22,686 bases of DNA from Actinomycetota bacterium (GCA_034408875.1 JAWXCJ010000340.1:1-22686), one strand, 5' to 3'. Shown: positions 14,012 through 22,179, numbered from the stretch's first letter. The notes: generated by a model from the letters alone, not told the origin. Translations and numbers: made by a program.

Positions 14012-14039
14012 TTGCGCAGGGGTGCGCGACTCGTAAGAT
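14012..14039 (+). promoter_or_regulatory. Candidate promoter for P2: TTGCGC - 16 nt - TAAGAT. It is immediately followed by the TTGCAC-N5-GTGCAC inverted repeat.
   Basis: The -35/-10-like pair lies in the 86-bp gap before P2. The palindromic TTGCACtgctcGTGCAC (14039-14055) overlaps the predicted TSS region. Confidence 0.25.
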
Positions 14040-14094
14040 TGCACTGCTCGTGCACACCACCTTCGTGCGCGGTGTTTCCAATGGGGGGAACCGA

Positions 14095-15276
14095 GTGGAC
14101 GTTCGCAAGGTCGGAATCTGGATGGTCGCCGTCGGCGGCGCCGCACTCTCGGTCGGAATCGTGCTCGACGCGATCCAGCAGGCCGACGACCCGACGCTCG
14201 CGTCGAAGGAAGGGATCTTCGACCTTTCCCGCTTCGCGCACGCGTTGTTTTTCGGCGGCATGGCTGTCGCTGTGCTCGGGTTGTTTGCGTTGCTCGTCGG
14301 TGCGCACCTCTACGGCGGCGAGGGACGCGTCACGGTCGGACGCCGCATCATGCAGGTCGGTGCGCCGATCGCGGCAGTCATCGTGCTCGGGGCGACGGCC
14401 GCAGCCGCGAGCAACACCGCGTTGGGTGAACCGAACGGCGACGCGGCCGCGACCGAAGAAGTTGCCACAGCGGAGGCCGATGCCGCCGCGACCGACGAGA
14501 TGGCGGAGCACGCCCACGGTGACGAAGCCACCGCGGCCGACGCGACTGGTGAAACCAGCGAGCACGCGCACGGTCCCGTCATCGAAGGCACCGCGACCGG
14601 CGACTCGCCGTGCGAGGTCGCGTCACCGACTCCCGCGTCACCCGGTCAGGTCGGTACCGGTGAAGGTGGATCCGAAGAAGTGATCGGCGAGCACGGCGGC
14701 CGCGGCATGGTGAAGCAGACGCCGCTCACCGCCGACGAAATGCAGGCGCTTCAGGAGCAGATGGTCCAGGCCCGCACCGTCATCGAAAAGTACCCGACCG
14801 TCGCCGACGCCGAAGCGGGCGGCTACCACAAGTCGACCGTGTACGTGCCGTGCATCGGTGCGCACTACACGAATATCGCGCTCGTGCCCGGGTTCGACCC
14901 GACCGCGCCTTCGGAGTTGCTCTACGACGGTTCGACGCCCGACGCCAAGATCGTCGGCCTCAGCTACCTCGTCCTCGAACCGAGCGGGGAACCGCCCGAA
15001 GGTTTCGCCGGCAAGAACGACCACTGGCACCAGCACAACGCCAACGGCGGGCTCTGCTTCGGAGCCGGCCAGGTCGTCATCGGCGGCGAGGAGATGACCG
15101 AGGAAGAGTGCACCGAGATCGGCGGCACCAAGCGCGAGCTCACGAACATCTGGATGATGCACGCGTGGGTCGTCCCCGGCTTCGAATGCAGCTGGGGCGT
15201 CTTCGCCGGTGAGTGTCCCGAACTCGGTGGCCGCGCCGGCGGCACCGCCTGGGACGAACCCGCCCCCGCCAGCTAA
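14095..15276 (+). CDS. Membrane protein P2, a paralogue of P1: TM N-terminus, acidic/His-containing linker with two EHAHG motifs, conserved Cys/His C-terminal domain. Start uncertain (GTG 14095 or ATG 14119).
   Basis: The C-terminal domain aligns with P1: ADAEAGGY/AEAEGW, GAHYTN/GYEHYIN, SELLYD/ESLVYT, LVLEPSG/FMLEPGA, DHWHQHNANGGLCF/MQWHIHNNLCF, MMHAWVVPGFECSWGVFAGE/MVHVWIKSHPCGPFSALEG. The ORF-track start at 13885 overlaps the hydrolase and is rejected. Confidence 0.7.
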   Translation: MDVRKVGIWMVAVGGAALSVGIVLDAIQQADDPTLASKEGIFDLSRFAHALFFGGMAVAVLGLFALLVGAHLYGGEGRVTVGRRIMQVGAPIAAVIVLGATAAAASNTALGEPNGDAAATEEVATAEADAAATDEMAEHAHGDEATAADATGETSEHAHGPVIEGTATGDSPCEVASPTPASPGQVGTGEGGSEEVIGEHGGRGMVKQTPLTADEMQALQEQMVQARTVIEKYPTVADAEAGGYHKSTVYVPCIGAHYTNIALVPGFDPTAPSELLYDGSTPDAKIVGLSYLVLEPSGEPPEGFAGKNDHWHQHNANGGLCFGAGQVVIGGEEMTEEECTEIGGTKRELTNIWMMHAWVVPGFECSWGVFAGECPELGGRAGGTAWDEPAPAS

Positions 15277-15977
15277 CCCAACGGCGACCAGTTCGCGCTG
15301 CGCAACAACCGGCTCTGCCAGTCGTCGCGGACTTCGAGCGCGTCGTGCATCCACGTGCCGGGTTCCTTCACGCGCGCGGGGAGTTCGTGGGTGAACAGCG
15401 CGGGCAGCCGCTCGGGGTAGTCGACGCGTTGCCACAGCACGACTTCGCGCCGCCGGGGTGAACCGATCGCGGTCTGGAACACGCCGAGCAGTGTGAGCAG
15501 CGAACGCGTGGTCTGCTGTTCGAGGCTCGGCGCGTAGTGGGTGCGTGCCTTCTCGAGGTACGTGTCGAGCATGCCTTCGTAGGGCCACGCGCTGTCCTGC
15601 ATGTAGAGGACGGGGTCGTGTTCGCGCCCGTCGGTCGGCACCGCCGCCAGGTCGATCTCCCGGAGTGGCGACCACTCGACGGCGAGGAGCACCTTCCCGC
15701 GCACCTCGTGGCGCATGCGGTCGGTGTCGGCGGCCCACGACCGCAGGTCGCCGCGCTGCACCCGTTCGGCCAGGCGCTCGTACGCGTTCCCGTCGCGCAG
15801 GGCGGTGATCGTGACTACGTGGTACGCCCGGCCGGTGCCGTGGGCGATCCGCAGGAAGTAGAGGAGCCGCGCCCCGTCGTCTTCGGCGACCTCGGGCATG
15901 AAGCCCTCGCGGAACGTCCGCTCGAAGGCTTCCTCGTGGCGTCCGGCCACGGTGTGGAGCTCGTGCAGGAACAACAT
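15273..15977 (-). CDS. Tandem NIPSNAP/Dabb-like (ferredoxin-like alpha+beta barrel) protein.
   Basis: Two repeats, MLFLHELHTVAGRHEEAFERTFREGFMPEVAEDDGARLLYFLRIAHGTGRAYHVVTITALRDGNAYERLAERV and PVLYMQDSAWPYEGMLDTYLEKARTHYAPSLEQ..., follow the NIPSNAP pattern (hydrophobic strand, G..E.F, late aromatic, h.a.s..a.e.). ATG at 15977 was chosen because the upstream ORF-track extension is low-complexity. Confidence 0.45.
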   Translation of the reverse strand: MLFLHELHTVAGRHEEAFERTFREGFMPEVAEDDGARLLYFLRIAHGTGRAYHVVTITALRDGNAYERLAERVQRGDLRSWAADTDRMRHEVRGKVLLAVEWSPLREIDLAAVPTDGREHDPVLYMQDSAWPYEGMLDTYLEKARTHYAPSLEQQTTRSLLTLLGVFQTAIGSPRRREVVLWQRVDYPERLPALFTHELPARVKEPGTWMHDALEVRDDWQSRLLRSANWSPLG

Positions 15978-16071
15978 GGTGGGGCAGCCTCGCGCAATTC
16001 GGACACCGGCTCGACTCCGTGCCCCGACAACGGGGTTCACCGGGTCGCCCGAGACGCCGATCACTTCCGGG

Positions 16072-18642
16072 ATGGGCGATTCGCGGCGTCGGGAGTTGGT
16101 CGGGATGCACCCGGACCCCGTCGCGCTCGTCGCCCTCTCGCCGTCGCTCACCGCGGTCCTCGACGCCGACGGGGTGCCCCGCTACCTGAGCCCGAGCGCG
16201 GCGGCCCTGTTCGACACGGTGCACCCCGACGACACGACGGTGCTGGAGACCGCGTTCGCCGAAGCCGTCCTGCACCCGGGCCGGGCGGTGCCGGTGCACT
16301 TCCGTGCGCATGCCGGCGGCCGGATGCGGCACCTTGCCGGGCAGTTTCTCAACCGCGTCGAAGACCCGCGTGTCGGTGGGGTCGTGTTGCACCTCACCGA
16401 CGTCAGCTCGGAGTCGACGCTCGCGGTCATCGCACGCGACTTCATGGACCGCGGCCGGCACGACCTCGATGCGTGCGTTGTCGACGCGCTCGCCGCACTG
16501 GCCGACCTCGCCGATGCCGATCGTGCCGCGGTGTTCCACGTCCGCGAGAACGGGTTGGCCGCCGAACTCACCCACGAGTGGTGCCGTGACCCGAGCACGA
16601 GCCGCGCGGGCGACTATCAGAACGTGCCGCTCGACTTGGTGCCGCGCCTCGTCGACCTCCTGCTCGACCTCCGCACGACCGTGATCAACATCGCGGAGCG
16701 GCCCGAGTTCGCGGCGGACGCGGCTGCGATCGGCGCGGCGGACACCCGGTCGTGCGCGCTCGCGCCGCTGATCGTCGATGGTCGTCTGGTCGGATGCGTC
16801 GCGCTCGAGTTCATCGGCCGCGAACGCGCGTGGCAGTCGGCCACGCTGTCGCTCCTCGACCAGTTCGCGCCGGTGTTGTCGTCCGCACTGGAGCGGCGCC
16901 GCATCGAGCGCGAGTTCCGCGACGCGCAAACACGATTCGAACAGGCGTGGAAACACGCGCCCATCGGCATGGTCATGCTGTCCCGCGAGGGTGAGTTGCT
17001 ACGGGTAAACCCGGCGTTCTGCGAACTGCTCGGCTACCGCGAGTGGGAGCTGATCGGCGCGCCGTTTCCCGAGCTGCTGCACCCCACCGACCTCCGTGAG
17101 TACGAGGCCAACGTCGCGCGGCTCGACGCGGGCGAGGACGATCGGCTGCAACTGGAACTCCGGTTCGGTCGCCGCGTGCCGGGCGAGTCGGGGGAAGACG
17201 GGACGTGGTGCCGGGTCAGCTTGTCGCTCGTGCGCGACGACGACCGCGAGCGCACCTATCTCATCGGGCAGATCGAAGACGTCACGCAACGCCGCGAGTT
17301 CGAAGCACGTCTCGAGTACGAGGCGACGCACGACGCGCTCACCGGGCTGCCACAGCGCAACACACTCCTCGAAAGTCTCGAACGAGCGCTGGCCGGCGCG
17401 ACGCGCCGAGGCGACAACGTCGCGGTGTTGTTCATCGACGTCGACAACTTCAAGCGTGTGAACGACACGCTCGGGCACGCCGCGGGCGACGAGTTGCTCC
17501 AGTCGTTCGCCGGGAGGCTGTCGCGCGCAGTGCGCGCGTCGGACATGGCGGCCCGGCTCGGCGGGGACGAGTTCGTCGTCATGTGCACCGACCTTGCCGA
17601 CCCCCGCCAGGTCGTGCGGGTCGCCCAACGGATCCTGCACCTCGTCGAGCAACCGTTCCGCGTACGCGGCGTCGAGGTGTTCGTCGGCGCGAGTATTGGC
17701 ATCGCCGTCGCCGAGTCCGGTGTCGACGCGGCGACGCTGCTGCGCCACGCGGACACCGCGGCGTACCGGGCCAAGGACCGGGGCCGGAACCGGTACGAGA
17801 TCTTCGACGACGAACTCCGCGCCGCGGTCGCGCGCCGGCTCGAGACCGAAACCGCGCTGCGCCGGGCGATCGAAGACGACGAACATCGTCTGCATTTCCA
17901 GCCGATCATCGACGTGTCGTCGGGCCGGGTGGCGGCGTTCGAGGTGCTCGGCCGTTGGGACGACGACCGGCACGGTTCCGAGCGCTCTCACGATTTCCAG
18001 ACGATCGCCGAGGAAACCGGCCTCGTTGTCGCGATCGGCAAGCGGCTCATCCACGACGCGTGCGAACAGCTCGCCCGGTGGCAACGCACCTTCCGTGACG
18101 ACGCGCCGGGCATCTCGATCAACATCTCGGCCCGGCAGCTTGCGCATCCGTCGCTGCTCGACGACACCCGCGCCGCGTTGCGCAAGACGGGAGCCCGGGC
18201 GGCCGACCTGACGTTCGAGATTTCCGAGAGCGTGCTCATGGACGACACGCAGACGAGCATCGCCCGGCTCGAAGAGCTGCGCGCGCTCGGAGTGCGCATT
18301 GCCATCGACGACTTCGGCGCCGGCTATTCGTCGCTCAGCTATCTCCGCCGGTTACCGGTCGACGCCATCAAGATCAATCACGCGTTTGTCGTCGAGCTCG
18401 GTATCGACCACGACGGCTCGACGATCGTCGCGGCGGTGATCAACCTCGCGCGCGCGCTGGGTTTGGACATCGCCGCCGACGGTGTCGAAAGCATCGAACA
18501 CGTCGCGGCTCTGGTCACGCTCGGCTGCGACCGCATGCAGGGTGGATACTTCTCGGTTCCGCTGAACGAGGCGGATGCCACCGAGATGTTGCGCTGCCCG
18601 GTGCGTCAGGACTTGCCGGGGCCGACCACGTCGAGCACGTAG
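16072..18642 (+). CDS. Multidomain c-di-GMP signalling protein: PAS - GAF - PAS - GGDEF - EAL. Start uncertain (ATG 16072 or 16105).
   Basis: The GGDEF domain has an intact RLGGDEFVV signature with upstream DALTGLPQRN and FIDVDNFKRVND. The EAL domain has LHFQPIID, E-V-L, DDFGAGYSSLSYLRRLPVDAIKI and QGGYFSVP. N-terminal PAS-like and GAF-like segments are present (e.g. IGMVMLSREGELLRVNPAFCELLGY). The ORF-track start at 15898 overlaps the divergent NIPSNAP gene and is rejected. Confidence 0.8.
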   Translation: MGDSRRRELVGMHPDPVALVALSPSLTAVLDADGVPRYLSPSAAALFDTVHPDDTTVLETAFAEAVLHPGRAVPVHFRAHAGGRMRHLAGQFLNRVEDPRVGGVVLHLTDVSSESTLAVIARDFMDRGRHDLDACVVDALAALADLADADRAAVFHVRENGLAAELTHEWCRDPSTSRAGDYQNVPLDLVPRLVDLLLDLRTTVINIAERPEFAADAAAIGAADTRSCALAPLIVDGRLVGCVALEFIGRERAWQSATLSLLDQFAPVLSSALERRRIEREFRDAQTRFEQAWKHAPIGMVMLSREGELLRVNPAFCELLGYREWELIGAPFPELLHPTDLREYEANVARLDAGEDDRLQLELRFGRRVPGESGEDGTWCRVSLSLVRDDDRERTYLIGQIEDVTQRREFEARLEYEATHDALTGLPQRNTLLESLERALAGATRRGDNVAVLFIDVDNFKRVNDTLGHAAGDELLQSFAGRLSRAVRASDMAARLGGDEFVVMCTDLADPRQVVRVAQRILHLVEQPFRVRGVEVFVGASIGIAVAESGVDAATLLRHADTAAYRAKDRGRNRYEIFDDELRAAVARRLETETALRRAIEDDEHRLHFQPIIDVSSGRVAAFEVLGRWDDDRHGSERSHDFQTIAEETGLVVAIGKRLIHDACEQLARWQRTFRDDAPGISINISARQLAHPSLLDDTRAALRKTGARAADLTFEISESVLMDDTQTSIARLEELRALGVRIAIDDFGAGYSSLSYLRRLPVDAIKINHAFVVELGIDHDGSTIVAAVINLARALGLDIAADGVESIEHVAALVTLGCDRMQGGYFSVPLNEADATEMLRCPVRQDLPGPTTSST

Positions 18643-19760
18643 TCGATCGACGCGGTCAGCGCCCGCACGTCTTCGGGTTCGATCGCGGGGAAGAGCGCGA
18701 TACGAAGCTGGTTGCGGCCCAGCTTGCGGTACGGCTCGACGTCGAGGATGCCGTTCGCACGGAGTACCGCGGCGAGCGCGGCGGCGTCGACCGTGTCGTC
18801 GAAGTCGATCGTCGCGGTGACCGGGCTGCGGTAGTCGGCGTCTTTCACGAACGGCGTCGCGTGTGCGTGCGTCGCGGCCCAGCCGTACACGATGCCGGCG
18901 GAGGTGTTGCAGCGGCCGGTTGCCCAGGAGAGGCCTCCCTGCGCGAGCATCCAGTCGACCTGATTCGCAAGCAGGAAGAGGGTCGCGAGCGCGGGCGTGT
19001 TGTACGTCTGGTCGAGTCGCGAGTTCTCGAGCGCGATGGCGAGGTCGAGGGTCGGGGGCGTCCAGCGGCCCGACGCGTGGATCGACTCGATGCGGGCGAT
19101 CGCCGCGGGTGAACACAGCGCGATCCAGATACCGGCGTCGGTCGCGAAGCACTTCTGTGGCGCGAAGTAGTAGGCGTCGAAGTCGGCCGGGTCGACCGCC
19201 ATGCCGCCCGCGGCCGACGTCGCGTCGACGAGGACGAGGGCATCGACGAGGACGAGGGCGTCGCCGAGCGGCCGGTGCACCGGCACCGTCACGCCCGTCG
19301 ACGTCTCGTTCTGTGGGTACGCGTACGCGTCGCCGTTGACAACGTCGAGGCGGGCGGGCGTGCCGCCGGGTTCCGACTCGACGACTTCGGGGTCTTCGAG
19401 GTGCGGTGCATTGCGGGTCACCGCCGCGAACTTCGACGAGAACTCGCCGAGCACGAGGTGTGAGCTGCGCCGTTCGATCAGTCCGAACGCGGCCGCATCC
19501 CAGAACTGGGTCGAACCGCCGTTGCCGAGCAGCACCTCGTAGCCGTCGGGGAGTCCGAACAGCGACGCCATGCCCGTGCGCATGCGGCCGACGACCGAAC
19601 GGACCGTCGAGTGCCGGTGGCTGGTACCGAGGTATTTCGGCGCGGCGTCGGCGAGTGCGGCCACGGCGTCGTGGCGCACCTTCGACGGCCCCGACCCGAA
19701 CCGCCCGTCGTTCGGGAGCAGCGCAGCCGGGATGACGATCTCGGGGGTGCTCACGTTCAT
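18606..19760 (-). CDS. serC: Phosphoserine aminotransferase (actinobacterial-type SerC). It contains an in-frame 6-aa tandem duplication.
   Basis: 384 aa: GRFGSGPSKV...LLGNGGSTQFWDAA...VLVDATSAAGG...YFAPQKCFATDAGIWIAL... matches class-V aminotransferase SerC, with the PLP-Lys in the PQKC region. A GGAGG RBS is present. The 3' end overlaps the EAL gene by 37 bp (convergent). Confidence 0.8.
   Translation of the reverse strand: MNVSTPEIVIPAALLPNDGRFGSGPSKVRHDAVAALADAAPKYLGTSHRHSTVRSVVGRMRTGMASLFGLPDGYEVLLGNGGSTQFWDAAAFGLIERRSSHLVLGEFSSKFAAVTRNAPHLEDPEVVESEPGGTPARLDVVNGDAYAYPQNETSTGVTVPVHRPLGDALVLVDALVLVDATSAAGGMAVDPADFDAYYFAPQKCFATDAGIWIALCSPAAIARIESIHASGRWTPPTLDLAIALENSRLDQTYNTPALATLFLLANQVDWMLAQGGLSWATGRCNTSAGIVYGWAATHAHATPFVKDADYRSPVTATIDFDDTVDAAALAAVLRANGILDVEPYRKLGRNQLRIALFPAIEPEDVRALTASIDYVLDVVGPGKS
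19226..19261. repeat. Perfect-but-one 2 x 18-bp tandem direct repeat (cgacgaggacgagggc[a/g]t) inside serC, encoding DALVLV-DALVLV.
   Basis: Seen directly in the sequence. On the coding (-) strand it reads gat gcc ctc gtc ctc gtc twice, immediately before the D-A-T-S active-site strand. Confidence 0.8.
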
Positions 19761-19871
19761 TCCGCTACGGCCTCCGGTCCTCTATCTCCAGTATCTCCAG
19801 GCGAATTTCTTTGGGCGAACGCGAATCACGGCCCGGCCCCCCGGTCTGCGCGTGGCTGCTCACGATACCGG

Positions 19872-21263
19872 CTACGACTGTGCGAGAACCTCGTCAAAAC
19901 CCTCGCGCAGGCACGCGACGAGGGCGGCGGGGTCGGGCACAGCAGTGGTGTCGACGACGACACCGATACAGCACGTGTCGCAGTGCGAGATCAGCGACAC
20001 GTTGACTGCGGCACCCGCCGTCGGGGCGAACGCGTAGAGCCCGTCGACGCGAGAGCCCGCGCTGTACACGGGGATCGGCGCACCGGGAACGTTCGTGGCG
20101 ACGAAGTCGCAGCACTTCAACATGCCGCCGAAGAGCGCGGTCGTCGTAGCCGTGGGCAACCGGTTGAGTATCCCGGCGAGTGTGCTCGTCATCTGGAGCG
20201 CGGGTTCGGCCCGCCAGTCCTTCACCAGCCCGCGCACGCTCTGCATGCGCGCGACAGGAGTCGCCGCGCCCGCGGGCACGGGGAAGCGCGCCGGGGCGAA
20301 GCGATTGCCCCCCTTCTCGTCGGCGCTCGTGCGCAGGTTGATCGGCATCGTCATGCGCAGCGAGTGGAGTTCGGTCCCGTGGCGCTCGTGATACCGGCGC
20401 AGACCACCGACGACCGCGGCGACGAACGCGTCGTTCACGCTGCCCTCTGCGACCTTGGCCGCCCGGCGCAACTCGTCGAGCGAGACTTCGAACATCGCGA
20501 GCTCGCGCGCGAGGCCGCGGTTGCGCATGATCGGTGAGAGCGGCGCCGTGGCGGGAGCCAGTGTGCGCGCGATCGAGCGGGCAGTGCGGACGAACTCCGA
20601 CATGGTGCCGATCGGGTCGCGCAACGCGGTGCCGGTGCCGCGGATCATCGTGCCGGGGACGCGGCTGACGATTCCGACCGTGCGGCGGCGGTTGTGGGCG
20701 AACGAGTCGCGTACGAGGGCCGTGGTGGTGAACGACTCGGGCGCGGGCACGGCCGGCATCGCCGCGTCGGGGTTCGCCACCGGGTCGCGTTCGAGGTCGA
20801 CCAGCTCCGTCAGCAGCGCCATGCCGCCGACGCCGTCGGTGACCGAGTGGTGCACCTTCATCGCGAGGGCGGCGCGACCGCCTTCGAGGCCCTCGATGAG
20901 GGTGAACTCCCAGAGCGGGCGGGCCCGGTCGAACGCGGCGGCGGTGATGGGCCGCAGCACGGCGAGCAACGCCTGTTCGTCGCCCGGCGCGGGCGACCGC
21001 ACCCGGCGCAGGTGGTAGTCGAGATCGAACGACGGCTCGGTCGTCCACCGCGGCGGCGCGATGCGCATCGGCGGTGAGAGCACGCGATCGCGGAAGCGGG
21101 GGATCACGCGCGACGCGCGGTCGACGCGATCGCGCAGCCGCTCCCAGTCGGGTGTCTCCGCGAACGTGGCGACGGCGACGATCGTCGACCGCAGCACCGG
21201 GTCCTTCTCGATGTTCCACATGAGCGCGTCTTCGTCGCTCATGTGACGGGTGGTGGTACTCAT
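19872..21263 (-). CDS. Wax-ester synthase / acyl-CoA:diacylglycerol acyltransferase (WS/DGAT, Tgs family).
   Basis: The HHxxxDG catalytic motif is present (HHSVTDGVGG), and the overall length and sequence match the actinobacterial WS/DGAT pattern. Start ATG is at 21263 (MSTTTRHMSDEDALMW) or 21242. The upstream ORF-track extension is not supported. Confidence 0.75.
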   Translation of the reverse strand: MSTTTRHMSDEDALMWNIEKDPVLRSTIVAVATFAETPDWERLRDRVDRASRVIPRFRDRVLSPPMRIAPPRWTTEPSFDLDYHLRRVRSPAPGDEQALLAVLRPITAAAFDRARPLWEFTLIEGLEGGRAALAMKVHHSVTDGVGGMALLTELVDLERDPVANPDAAMPAVPAPESFTTTALVRDSFAHNRRRTVGIVSRVPGTMIRGTGTALRDPIGTMSEFVRTARSIARTLAPATAPLSPIMRNRGLARELAMFEVSLDELRRAAKVAEGSVNDAFVAAVVGGLRRYHERHGTELHSLRMTMPINLRTSADEKGGNRFAPARFPVPAGAATPVARMQSVRGLVKDWRAEPALQMTSTLAGILNRLPTATTTALFGGMLKCCDFVATNVPGAPIPVYSAGSRVDGLYAFAPTAGAAVNVSLISHCDTCCIGVVVDTTAVPDPAALVACLREGFDEVLAQS

Positions 21264-21288
21264 ATCGGTCCAGGGTACGGTCACGCAC

Positions 21289-22179
21289 GTGCGCAGTCGA
21301 TACGTGATCACCAACGGGATCCGTCTTCACGTCCTGGAAGCCGGGCCGCCCGCCGGTCCTTTGGTGCTGCTGCTGCACGGCTTTCCCGAACTCGCGCACT
21401 CGTGGCGCCATCAGGTAGAGGCGCTCGGCGCCGCGGGCTACCACACCGTTGCGCCCGACCTGCCCGGCTACGGGCGCTCCGACAAACCCGATGTCGCCTA
21501 CGACTGCGAGTTCATCAACGGCACCCTGGTGGGCCTGGTCGACGCGCTCGGTCACGACCAGTTCGTGGTCGCCGGTCACGACTGGGGCGGCATCCTCGCG
21601 TGGACGATGGCGCGTCAGTTTCCCGACCGCGTCGCGGGGGTTATCGGTGTGAACACCCCCGACCTGCCGCGCGGGCCGATCCCACCCGTGCAGATGTTGC
21701 GGATGATCTTTCCGGACACGCCGATCTACATCATCGGTTTCCAGGATCGCTACGTCGCCGAATGGGTGTTGTCATGGGGGCGGGGCGCCGACGACTTCAT
21801 CGACATGATGTTCCGCAACGCGACAGTGAAGAACGCGGATGCGTTCCCCGACGACGTGCTCGAGGTCTACAAGGAAGCGTTCCGGCCCGCGGGCGCGCTC
21901 ACACCACCGATCGAGTACTACCGAAACCTCGACCGCAACTGGGAGCTCACCGCGTCGATCGCGGAGAACAAGATCGAGGTCCCGTGCCTGATGATCTGCG
22001 CGGCCGACGACCCCGTCCTCCCGCCGGCGCTGAGTGAAGGCATGGAAGAACGCGTCCCCAACCTCGAGCGCGTCATCATCGAGAACTGCGGCCACTGGAC
22101 CCAACAAGAACGCCCCGAAGAAACCAGCGCCGCCATCCTCACGTACCTCACCCGCGAACACCCAAGGATGCGTCGATAG
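21289..22179 (+). CDS. Alpha/beta-hydrolase fold protein, epoxide-hydrolase-like. GTG 21289 is preferred; the alternative ATG 21250 would overlap the divergent WS/DGAT start.
   Basis: The N-terminal signature NGIRLHVLEAGPPAGPLVLLLHGFPELAHSWRHQVEALGAAGYHTVAPDLPGYGRSDKP and the nucleophile elbow VAGHDWGG (Asp nucleophile, as in epoxide hydrolases/haloalkane dehalogenases) match. The C-terminal IIENCGHWTQQERPEE carries the catalytic His. Confidence 0.7.
   Translation: MRSRYVITNGIRLHVLEAGPPAGPLVLLLHGFPELAHSWRHQVEALGAAGYHTVAPDLPGYGRSDKPDVAYDCEFINGTLVGLVDALGHDQFVVAGHDWGGILAWTMARQFPDRVAGVIGVNTPDLPRGPIPPVQMLRMIFPDTPIYIIGFQDRYVAEWVLSWGRGADDFIDMMFRNATVKNADAFPDDVLEVYKEAFRPAGALTPPIEYYRNLDRNWELTASIAENKIEVPCLMICAADDPVLPPALSEGMEERVPNLERVIIENCGHWTQQERPEETSAAILTYLTREHPRMRR

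Noticed and set aside
12866-14146. ORF 12866-14146 (-, 426 aa) and 13048-13653 (-), plus 13093-13803 and 13611-14003 (+).
   Set aside because: They are antisense or alternate frames of the beta-lactamase-fold hydrolase gene. They have no motifs and are Arg/Gly-rich.
14638-16956. ORF 14638-16956 (-, 772 aa) spanning P2, NIPSNAP and the start of the GGDEF gene.
   Set aside because: It crosses three well-supported genes on both strands. The product is Arg/Ala/Gly/Pro low-complexity. It is a long open antisense frame of GC-rich DNA.
16999-18305. ORFs 16999-18147 (-), 17205-18098 (+), 17256-17909 (-) and 17594-18211 (+) inside the GGDEF-EAL gene.
   Set aside because: They are alternate frames of a gene with textbook GGDEF and EAL signatures.
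18352-19339. ORFs 18352-19152 (-), 18845-19243 (-) and 18863-19339 (+) inside serC.
   Set aside because: They are alternate frames or antisense of serC and are Arg-rich.
19894-21579. ORF 19894-21579 (-, 561 aa) and 19611-20537 (+).
   Set aside because: They are alternate-frame or antisense to the WS/DGAT gene, which has the HHxxxDG motif. The 19894 ORF also runs into the divergent hydrolase.
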